A DNA stretch of 64,000 bases. Origin: Savitreella phatthalungensis (Eukaryota). The position numbers and the translations under genes were made by a program. The DNA lies in assembly GCA_051599415.1 (NCBI GenBank), contig AP039701.1, positions 310,001-374,000 of the forward strand, given 5' to 3'. Each line of letters opens with the position of its first letter. Position 1 is the stretch's first letter. Below, one piece after another: positions 55,264 through 64,000 of this stretch. The notes under the pieces are model-generated. The model had not been told where the DNA came from, ran no database searches, and saw nothing but the letters and a program-made list of their open reading frames with translations.

Positions 55264-56756
55264 GGATGGTATGTATTGAATCGTGACTGACTAGTGCGTC
55301 ACAAATAAGGGAGACATGGTGCTTTTGTAGACTTCTTTCGTCGTCCCATATGAAGAGCTGTTCATCGATTACTATTCGCTTGCAAATGTCGTCCTTGCTG
55401 ACATACATTTGGCGCAACACACCACGGCGTCTCATATCATTACCTCAAGCTGTTTCGGGTGGAGAGCTTGAGCTTCGGTCCGCCAGTCATTTCTCCGCCG
55501 ATGATTCGATTTACAATCCATGATCGAATGACTGAGTTTTTGGAGCTTGCTAGCTCGGTTAGGTTCCTACAGTACAATCTTATAAATCGTAACTGGATCC
55601 AGTCAAGAGCTAGGCCAGTGGCAGAATTTAGACTCAGCAAAACGATTCTATTAGTCCGGGGGGTTCTTCCACGGGTTTGTCAGCCCTTTTCGCACAAAGT
55701 GAGATGGTGGATCAGGCGATGATTGGCGGAATAAATTAGACGAACGATCTATTCAGTGACCGATCAGGTCTCTCTGTCCTCTGTCTGAGATCAGACTTCT
55801 CAGATGCCATGCATTGCGTAGTGTTACGTCGCCCCACCAACGAAGATCTCTCACACATGGTATTCATTATTCACGGGCAAGTAGTATATTAGTCGTGCCC
55901 CAAAAAGGTAGCTAGCTGGCGATCTTGAGCAGCCAATACTTGACTTGGATGCGAAGCTTATGTGACTCGACCTTCAGCAGCTTTGCCTTCTCCACATCTG
56001 GTGGTATAAGCGTACGATTGCCAAGGTGACGTTCTCGTTGCTTCATTATCTGCACCGCCTCAGCATGTGCTGATGACCATGCTCGTAGGATTTGGCGTAA
56101 CAGCTGCCCTTTTACTCCATGAATCGTATTTGTGACATCCTGCAGCTCGTCCTGGTTTGAGAGCAATAGTACACCAAGTTTGAGCAAGTATACTCTTTGA
56201 ATCGCGACGCACGAGTGATCACAGGCATCCTCACACGCGCACAAAGTTTACTAGATCGGCGAAGCTCACGTCAATCGACTTTCTGAACCTTGACATTCAC
56301 CCCCACGATTCGGACCTAAGCGAGCTTCACCACTTGCTTGTGACTCAGCTCTCTTTGACATCGTGCCTAGTAATGCTTTGCCCCACGATCGTGTAATCTC
56401 TTGGTATCACCGCCAGCGTGTGCTTCGAGCCATGTGAAAAGAGTCTCGAGACGATGCTGTGCACCCTAGATTCTCTGCGCCTTGTCTATTCACTCCAGCA
56501 GAGTGATTCGATCACCGCGTTATGCGGCAATTGCGATGATGAGTCGTGAAAGAGCTGCTATAGCGTCGGCCCGTGACACGGCATTCCTAAGACAGCTTTC
56601 AAGGATTGTGACTCGACGATAGAGCACGCGTCACAATGCCGCTATTCTGCGTTCATGCATACAGAGCTCACGATCGACGCTTGGTGTGAATTCGCAACAT
56701 CAAAGCTGCGACTGATAGAGCAGATCTCATCATAAAACCATGTAAATTGACAGCTC

Positions 56757-57302
56757 CTACTTGCTGCTTGGCGTATATTTAGGGAGTGTTGGGGAGACTT
56801 GCTGGCGCAATTTCGCCTCTTCAAGTGCCCAGGTTGACACACTAATTGACGAGTCAGTCTGTTTGTCCATTATCCAGGTGAGCATACGCGGAACGAACCT
56901 GGTGTCTGGACGATTCACAGCAATAAGAACCCCAAAGAGGCATGCGCCGCCAAAACCGTAGTTCCACAAGTTCTCCCATGGGAGCTTCTGTCGCTTCTGA
57001 CCTTTTGGAAGTATCTATACGAGTCAGCATGAACTAGAAAGCATGAATCATCGGAGTAAGAGAGCCAGGTCGCCCGCAAGGTTGAAGACGTGATCAAGTA
57101 GAGCTCAGTTGATCTGACCGCTGATCAACAATCTGCATCGAGCGAGTCTGGCTCTTGACCCTTAGCTGCGGCTGAGTCTTACCGGTTCGTTAAATAGACG
57201 ACCCTGGGGTGGAAAGACTGGTGGAGCGCCTCCTGCATGGCGGACCTGACCGACGGTGCGCCTTGCGGCCGGCCGCGTGATTGCTGCGTGTCTCGACAGC
57301 AT
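56757..57302 (-). CDS. NADH:ubiquinone oxidoreductase ESSS subunit (NDUFB11-like); exons 57302-57183, 57014-56899 and 56841-56757 (106 aa)
   Basis: Mitochondrial presequence MLSRHAAITRPAARR, then PQGRLFNEP|..KLPWENLWNYGF, a TM segment and RPDTS|VSTWALEEAKLR. GT-AG introns with CTGAC branch points keep frame. Confidence 0.88.
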
Positions 57303-57665
57303 CTCAGCGAATAAAAGACCCGAATAGATTTCGAAGGCGGTAGTATACGCTCTTCTTGCTATCGTTGTTGTCTCCTCATCAGCATGTCTGGCAAGCTCGA
57401 TCGCGATTGATCACGCACGTGTGTCACCAGCCACTCTTTAGCCACTCTTTCGAGATACGCCGAGCGTGAGAAAATGTTTCAATGCATGCAATTCGATTTC
57501 GGTAACTCTCCACCATCCTCTACAGCGTCTGTCGCCGAGCCACTGTCAGAGTGTTACACCGCTCAGGGCAGGGCGACCCTACTGGACACCCGCGGCAACT
57601 ATACAGGATAACGACATTCTATTAGTACAAAGAACATCGTCGACAACTTCCATCACATATACATA

Positions 57666-58979
57666 ATGGTACGGGCTTGAACACTAGCGACGAGGATGCG
57701 TGAGCATCTTCTACTCGCCTTTCGACAGTGGTTTTCGCCCTCGGAATACTGTTGCTTTGACCCGTGTGTACCCTACATATCGGGGCAGTTTCTGATTCGT
57801 CGCCAGTCTTGCGTGTTCTACACTGGAGATCACGCGAGGCTCGACGCAGAAGGAGGAGTGCGATGGCCATGGATCTCATGGCCTCTCACTCTGTTGATCG
57901 CTGTCCTTCCAGGTCGAGAGTATAGCTTTTGCTAGAGCTCGAGACCGGAAAACGTACGAGGAGAGGACTTTCCGGAATTGCACTTCGCATTGCGATGGTC
58001 CTCTGCTCTCGTGCTGACATTGACAACGCTGCTCACCTTTTGTGAGGTGCATGCGTGCCTGGCTCTGCCCGAGGCGATAGTCGTGCTGTTGAAAGGGTCG
58101 AGGATTGGAGAGAGATTGTGAGCTGCTTCTCGCTTTTGCTCACCGTCCTCGTCGCTTTATAAGAATCAGCCGGACAATAGAGACTAACAAATGACACAGG
58201 CACCGAAGGGCAAGACACCTGCTAAGGCACCATTCCCGGCCTCCAAGGCATCGGCCAAGAAGGCCCCTAAGAACCCTCTCCTCGAGAAGCGTTCGCGCAA
58301 CTTCGGCATTGGCCAGGACATCCAGCCCAAGCGCAACCTCTCCCGTTACGTGAAGTGGCCCAAGTATGTGCAGCTCCAGCGCCAGAAGAAGATCCTGTCG
58401 ATGCGTCTTAAGGTGCCGCCGCAGCTCGCCCAGTTCCAGAACACGCTGGACAAGAACACTGCCACTGAGCTGTTCAAGCTGCTGAACGCACACCGCCCGG
58501 AGACAAAGCAGGACAAGAAGGAGCGTCTGTCCAAGATCGCCGCTGCCAAGGCTGACGGCAAGGAGGCCGAGCAGACCCCCAAGCCACAGCACGTCAAGTT
58601 TGGCCTGAACCACGTCGTTTCCCTCATCGAGAACAAGAAGGCCCAGCTCGTCGTCATTGCTCACGATGTCGACCCCATCGAGCTCGTCGTCTACCTGCCA
58701 GCCCTCTGCCGCAAGATGGGTGTGCCTTACTGCATTGTCAAGGGCAAGGCCCGTCTCGGTACCGTCGTCCACATGAAGACTGCCGCCGCACTTGCCATCA
58801 CTGAGGTTTCTGGCGCTGCTAAGGACGACCTTGCCAAGATCGTCTCCGCCGTCAACGCAAACTTCGGCGACAAGTACGAGGAGCACCGCCGCCACTGGGG
58901 CGGAGGTATCATGGGCTTCAAGTCCCAGCGCGCTACCGAGAAGAAGCAGCGCGCAGCTGACGCAGCCATCAAGATCTAA
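57666..58979 (+). CDS. RPL8: 60S ribosomal protein eL8 (L8/L7a); exon 1 is ATG only (57666-57668), exon 2 is 58200-58979
   Basis: [65 protein letters not shown] donor, ACTAAC branch at 58183 and ACAG acceptor give MAPKGK. Confidence 0.95.
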
Positions 58980-59285
58980 ATGGTTTAGTTCCCGTAGCTG
59001 CATTCTCAATCTCACGTTTGTCATGTCAATCCTCTCGTGCGGCTTTATTGTCCTGTTGACGTCCTGCTCGCGCCTCTTGCGGCCTCTTGCCCCCACTTTG
59101 CTCATCACAGGATGCAATCGCTCAGAACAGCGAAGTCAATGCCTTTTGAGATGAGCATATTAATTAACGCTAATTCTAGACAAATTAGAAGCGATTCGCT
59201 CCTTGAGCGACTACAAGAATAAGGTTTGTGATACAAGCGTGGTCATGGTACTCTAGTCATCGTGATATCATTGCTCGTTGGCGTC

Positions 59286-60575
59286 TCAAAGGGTCGTTAG
59301 TGCAGATGTTGCACCGATCAGTCTGCAGAGCTCTTCCTCTGCCGCGAGCTCCTGCGCCCAACTCTGAGGTGGCAAGAAAGTGGTGAGGGGCGAGGAGCGG
59401 GGAGCGTAGTTGACCTCAGTGTTCGGCTTTGTCTTGTCGGTCGATACGATAACAAATTTGCGTGGCTTGGCGAGCAAAGCATCCATCAAGGGCTTCGGTT
59501 CGTCGTCGACCAGGCTCTCGTCATGTTCATCGTCCTCCCCGTCGATTTCTTGAAATGTCCTAGCATCGCAATCAGCAGTTTGGTATCCCGCTTGTGCTTC
59601 TTCATCATCGCAGTCGGAGCCCCAGTCGATGCCGGACTCATGCTCAACTGCGACTTCGGTGCACTGTGCGGGCAACTCGATTAGCTGCGGCAACAGGGTC
59701 GTGATATCGAATTCTCCAGAAAAGAGAGCTTCGAAACCGTCGATGTCTTCAACGTTGTCCACCGCTGGCTCTTTGACGAAGTCTTCGACGTTGTATTCTT
59801 TTGAGAAAGTGGCCATTTCAGCTGCCGAGCAGGTGTCAGGGGTCGTTGGAGCTGAAGACGAGGCGGAAGGGCCGTCGGTCAGGAAATCATCGAGCATCAG
59901 GTCGTCAAGAGAGAAGAATTCGTTGACCATGCCAGAAGTTGTTAGCTCGTGGGCGAGGTCGATCAACTCCAGCTGATCAGCTGGACGTACATTTTTAGCG
60001 CGCATCATTTGAGACCTTGCCTTGAACTGACGATCCATCTCATCGTATTTGGCCATCGCCCGGTCAAAGGGTGTGGCCGCGTGCTTTGGTTTGAGCTGTA
60101 CAGACTGAGCGTGATGAAGAGGAATACTCACGAGCTTGGGCAAAAGGAGCTCATTCTCGAAGTAATCGTTCATCACGACGTCGTCATTAATAGGGATTGA
60201 GGGCAAGTGTACGTGACTTGCTCCTTCAGAGGTGGCAAACACTTCGGTAGAGTAGGAACTCAAGACGGGCTCGGACAAGCTGGTGTCAAAGTGGCTGGCG
60301 ACCGAGACGTTCGGGCGACGAGGCGGGCTGTGACATTGCAACAGGTCTGATGCAAGCCATTCGAGATCGGTTGAGTCAATCGGATATGTAGCACGCACAG
60401 GAACAGCGTAAGGGGCGGAGCCGTGCGTGGTATGGAAGAGCTTGTTCGGGGTTGGCGCACGCTTTACAGGACGCAAGATCTCGATGGGTGTGACAGGCAT
60501 GAATCTAGGCTTCTGTCCATAGCCGAGTCCAAGACGAATGGTTGACCTCTGGTTGTTTGTGCGCGTAGCGGGCAT
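59286..60575 (-). CDS. Hypothetical protein with basic N-terminus and acidic C-terminal half
   Basis: About 430 codons open from ATG 60575, with a CA-rich leader typical of genes here; no recognised domain. Confidence 0.6.
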   Translation of the reverse strand: MPATRTNNQRSTIRLGLGYGQKPRFMPVTPIEILRPVKRAPTPNKLFHTTHGSAPYAVPVRATYPIDSTDLEWLASDLLQCHSPPRRPNVSVASHFDTSLSEPVLSSYSTEVFATSEGASHVHLPSIPINDDVVMNDYFENELLLPKLVSIPLHHAQSVQLKPKHAATPFDRAMAKYDEMDRQFKARSQMMRAKNVRPADQLELIDLAHELTTSGMVNEFFSLDDLMLDDFLTDGPSASSSAPTTPDTCSAAEMATFSKEYNVEDFVKEPAVDNVEDIDGFEALFSGEFDITTLLPQLIELPAQCTEVAVEHESGIDWGSDCDDEEAQAGYQTADCDARTFQEIDGEDDEHDESLVDDEPKPLMDALLAKPRKFVIVSTDKTKPNTEVNYAPRSSPLTTFLPPQSWAQELAAEEELCRLIGATSALTTL

Positions 60576-61425
60576 CCTTTGAGATAGAGAGTGTCGAGTT
60601 GTTGAGATGAGCGAGGATTGCTCGCAAGATAGAGAACGAATTGAGTGTCTGTGGGAAGTATGTATGTGCTTCTGAGTGTGTTGGTGTATGTGTATGTGAA
60701 TGTGTGTGTGTGGTATAATTCGCACGAAGGGTCGCTGACTCGTCTTATAGAATGGTGGGGAGGGTCACTCGACGACGTTCAAGACACTTGGCGCAATTGT
60801 TTGTTGACTGACGAGCCAATCTTTGGACGCGTCGCATTGGCGTCTAGTGGTAAGGGATTGGACCGTGTAACAGCATCATGCGCCTTAGACGGACATGACG
60901 ACAGAGAGTGGAATTGAGCCTTGCAAAAGGCTATGATTGATGGGCGTGAATGATTGCCATCTCTACACAGCGGCAGTTACGCGTGGATTGGCGACGAAAT
61001 TCTCAACATGATAACAGTTTTCTCTGAGTGCCAGCCACTTTCCTCATGGTGGAAGCAGATTTCACAACGCGAAAGTGACATTCGGCTAGATCGCACGCGT
61101 CTGATATATCATCACACACACCACAATGCTAGAACACGTAAGAGTTTACATTGTCAATACGCTGCTCGGATCTCGTGACAGCAGTGCTTTTGCAAAAAGT
61201 CGGGTATCCGTCAGTCATCCATCGACAGAAACGTCCACCTGCTTAGCATTGGTGATCACCAACATATCATGAAGCGCTTCTTTGTGGCAGTGTCAATGGC
61301 AGTAGCAATAGCAATGACGATAGCATTGCTGTGCGCCGCCGCGCAGTGTTCATTGTCGTGACAGGCTTTCCACACGAGTTTCTTTGCCGCACGTCGAAAT
61401 CGCGGAGCCGGACAACCACGAGTGA

Positions 61426-62469
61426 ATGTTTGCCCTGAATCACAACAGCGTCGACATCTCGGGAGCTGGGAAGCAGGAGCCAGCAGTCAGCACAAACGAT
61501 CGACGGGAGTCACCAGTCCGGTTCAGCCGATCCTGCATTCCGATGATCGACTTGCTGGCTCAGTTCGATGGATTCAAGGCACAGATTGATGCACACCATG
61601 ATCGTCGCGAAAGACTGGTGAAAAGCAGCCGTGATGTGACAGCGACCTCGAAGAAGATCATCTTTGCCCTCCACAGGGTGCCGGTGTCAACGACAGGCAC
61701 GATCGTGATTTCAGCACGATCCGTCAAAGAAATTGCAGACCTCAATGCCACATTACGCTCGCTTTTCGACACCATCAGTCACGAGCTATATGCAGATGAT
61801 CCGACGGCTGCCCACCGATATAGCCGCCAGGTGTCGCCCGGCCTACAAGAATACGTAGAAAGTTTCTCACTTCATTGGCACATGGATGCAGAGAATGCGA
61901 TCGCGGGTTTGCCAGAGCAGGCTCGATCGTCGCTATCGAGCGACGCATATGCTGGCAGCTTCGCTTCATGGGAGGTTTGTTCGGCCGCATGCGCACCACT
62001 CGAGCTCACCGACACTGATTATCTGCTCGGTATTGCTGATTTATCGGGCGAGTTGGCTCGAAGGGCGATCGCTGCGCTGTCAGGCACCACGTCCGAAGGC
62101 GTCAACGGTCCCAGAATTGCGCCTGCCGAGGCTACACGAATTCTCGCAGTCTTGCGCGACATGACACGTCATTTCGAAGCACTGAATCCGATCGGCCAAG
62201 CGGCAGGGACCCCCGTCAACTCCCGTCCCGCGACACGCGAAGTGGTTACAAATCAAACCAACGCTGGTGCAGGGCAACCATCGACCGATCCAAAACAGCC
62301 AAACGGGCGACCTTCGGCAGGTCCAGGCTCGACCCCGTTCTCCCGCGAGCTCGCCAAAAAGGTAGAGGTGATGCGAGCGAGTGTAAAAAAGGTGGAGTCT
62401 GGCCTCTTTGACTACCTGGTCCGCGGCAGGGAGCGCATCGCAGGACCTGCTGCTCCGACCGATGAATGA
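61426..62469 (+). CDS. Translin-associated factor X (TRAX/TSNAX); may start at 61543
   Basis: IDAHHDRRERLVKSSRDVTATSKKIIFALHR, SPGLQEYVES, DYLLGIADLSGEL and KKVEVMRASVKKVE. Confidence 0.9.
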   Translation: MFALNHNSVDISGAGKQEPAVSTNDRRESPVRFSRSCIPMIDLLAQFDGFKAQIDAHHDRRERLVKSSRDVTATSKKIIFALHRVPVSTTGTIVISARSVKEIADLNATLRSLFDTISHELYADDPTAAHRYSRQVSPGLQEYVESFSLHWHMDAENAIAGLPEQARSSLSSDAYAGSFASWEVCSAACAPLELTDTDYLLGIADLSGELARRAIAALSGTTSEGVNGPRIAPAEATRILAVLRDMTRHFEALNPIGQAAGTPVNSRPATREVVTNQTNAGAGQPSTDPKQPNGRPSAGPGSTPFSRELAKKVEVMRASVKKVESGLFDYLVRGRERIAGPAAPTDE

Positions 62470-62509
62470 AGGGTGTTTATATACATTGACTACTTATGAA
62501 AGGATATGC

Positions 62510-63355
62510 TTATGCCTTGACTTGAGCATTTGCGCGATTCAGGAGAGCCATCTTGTGAACGGCCTCTTTCTTCTGAAATACTTGAGATGTGCCATCGAGT
62601 ACGGCACTGATCTCCTGTGCGAACCTGACCGGGAAGCGCTTGTCGGAGCGCTTGTCTGCGCTCTCGAGAATCCACGTGATTGCCTTACGGCGACGACCCT
62701 TTTCATTGAGCGGAATCGGCACTGGCACGTTCTTCGAGCCGACCTTGCGCTGGATGAGCTTAACAAGTGGCGAACACTGATCAATCGCATCCTTTAGGGC
62801 ATGAACTGGGTCTGTGAATGGCACCGAGCCGACACCGTTACGCTGAAGGATGTTCAGTGTGTCCTGCACCCGACGAGTAGCTTGCGCCTTCTTCCCATGC
62901 TTCATCGTCAACCCAATCAGATGTTTCAGCACTGGGTCGGAATCTGGTAAATTGTACGGCAATTGGATCTGGCTGGCGGTCAAGCGCTCTGTGACAGGCT
63001 CGAGCGCTGATAGCACTCTCGAGCTGGTGGAGAATTCGCGACGGGTGGACGCACCGGTCGAGCCAGACTTGGGATTGCTCTTCAAACCTTCCTTGATTAC
63101 CTTTGGTGCGGATGGATCATCCTTGAGAAGCTCTCCAACAGAAATACCTTCCTCCTCCTCGGTTGGAGATTTGACGCCTTTGATCACATTGTCGTATGCC
63201 ACTGCTTCCTCGTTCACGTGCGGCATGGTTTGCGTGTCCCTGGGCGTGTTCGAGATACCGCCCTGGCTCTTGGGCACTTTATCGCTCATCAGTCGGGCTC
63301 GACAAGACAATCGCAGACGCGGCGGCCGCGCCAGCGTCATTCGAGCCGGCTGCAT
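62510..63355 (-). CDS. RSM7: Mitochondrial ribosomal protein uS7m
   Basis: MKHGKKAQA..VPVPIPLNEKGRRRKAITWILESA..KKEAVHKMALLNRAN, with an Arg-rich presequence from ATG 63355. Confidence 0.9.
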   Translation of the reverse strand: MQPARMTLARPPRLRLSCRARLMSDKVPKSQGGISNTPRDTQTMPHVNEEAVAYDNVIKGVKSPTEEEEGISVGELLKDDPSAPKVIKEGLKSNPKSGSTGASTRREFSTSSRVLSALEPVTERLTASQIQLPYNLPDSDPVLKHLIGLTMKHGKKAQATRRVQDTLNILQRNGVGSVPFTDPVHALKDAIDQCSPLVKLIQRKVGSKNVPVPIPLNEKGRRRKAITWILESADKRSDKRFPVRFAQEISAVLDGTSQVFQKKEAVHKMALLNRANAQVKA

Positions 63356-63725
63356 TCTCTGGACGCGGTGATGTGATGGTAGCCGCTTTACGTGCAAACT
63401 CAACGTCAGAACGATCTCCAATCCTGACGCTTGCTCGGGTCGAGATCCTGCTGAACAAGTTAATTCTTTAGCGCAGACTGAACACAAATCATGTGCGACG
63501 CCACAATTGGCAATGACGACACGCTCAGCCCCAAATCACGTGTAAAAATAGGCCGCTACGAGGTCATGAGACCTAGCCAACAAGAGCTATTTTGGCCACA
63601 AGGATGGGCATACGACGGAGCCTTTGACGAACCCCGGTGCTGAAGATAGACACGCAGACCCACGGAAACTATAGAAGGGCTGTTCCGCATTTCATTATTC
63701 ATTAACGTAAAATTAGTGCTCATCA

Positions 63726-64000
63726 TTAAGAGAGATCGAACCCAGCAGCTGAGGTGATAGCATACCGCAGTTTGTCGCGCATTGTCTGCTTGTCCTTGTA
63801 TCTCGGCAATTTGAGCAAATTGACACAAGTCGAAGCAGTTGGAAGTCGCGTTGCATCCTCTCCGGCAACCATGCGTACGGAGAACTTCGGCTGCAGCTCC
63901 GAGAATCCGAGTAGTGGAGGTCGCGGCGTAGATGTGACAAACTTGACCAAATTTCGCTGATCGGCTTCGTCCATCTCTCGGACGACTTGCCAAAACAACC
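63726..64000 (-). CDS. C-terminus of a HECT E3 ubiquitin ligase (Hul5/UBE3C-like); 5' part lies outside the window
   Basis: LVKFVTSTPRPPLLGFSELQP..RLPTASTCVNLLKLP..LRYAITSAAGFDLS. Confidence 0.92.
   Translation of the reverse strand, partial: LFWQVVREMDEADQRNLVKFVTSTPRPPLLGFSELQPKFSVRMVAGEDATRLPTASTCVNLLKLPRYKDKQTMRDKLRYAITSAAGFDLS

Noticed and set aside
55912..56244. 110-aa minus-strand ORF
   Set aside because: Non-ATG start, upstream frames closed by stops and no recognisable domain.
58140..59117. 325-aa minus-strand ORF
   Set aside because: Antisense shadow of the highly biased RPL8 codons.
63100..63230. MPHVNEEA-containing N-terminal extension of RSM7 as a novel fusion
   Set aside because: I recall similar extensions in other ascomycete uS7m proteins, so it is probably not novel; unverified.
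1..64000. tRNA/rRNA genes and intact transposons
   Set aside because: No cloverleaf, rRNA-like stretch or transposase/RT ORF was recognised by eye; tRNAscan-SE was not run.

Overview
Eukaryotic, fungal genomic DNA: compact, GC-rich in coding regions and intron-poor. A velvet factor, LIS1/PAC1 and a complex I subunit in such a genome suggest a Taphrinomycetes-like ascomycete, but this placement is inference only. About 28 protein genes are supported. They include two paralogous secreted S8 subtilases (one absent from the ORF track), a VosA-like velvet factor, an APC permease, MCM10, a Rho1 GEF, TFB1, a secreted 5'-nucleotidase, a GH13 alpha-glucosidase, an MGMT fusion, an ENA Na+-ATPase, PAC1, QCR6, UTP11, GUT1, NCS6, the complex I ESSS subunit, RPL8, TRAX, RSM7 and the end of a HECT ligase. 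The main non-coding discoveries: (1) a clear TPP riboswitch inside a 557-nt intron of the permease, with alternative 5' splice sites and candidate long-range switching pairings, implying a Thi9-like thiamine transporter under splicing control; (2) the other three long introns (RPL8, QCR6, ESSS) are each closed by a long-range stem that shortens them to about 55-75 nt, and the 531-nt RPL8 intron looks like a large multibranched RNA; (3) a scrambled, inverted RecQ-helicase remnant punctuated by a 15-bp motif. All structures were read by eye and have not been computed.
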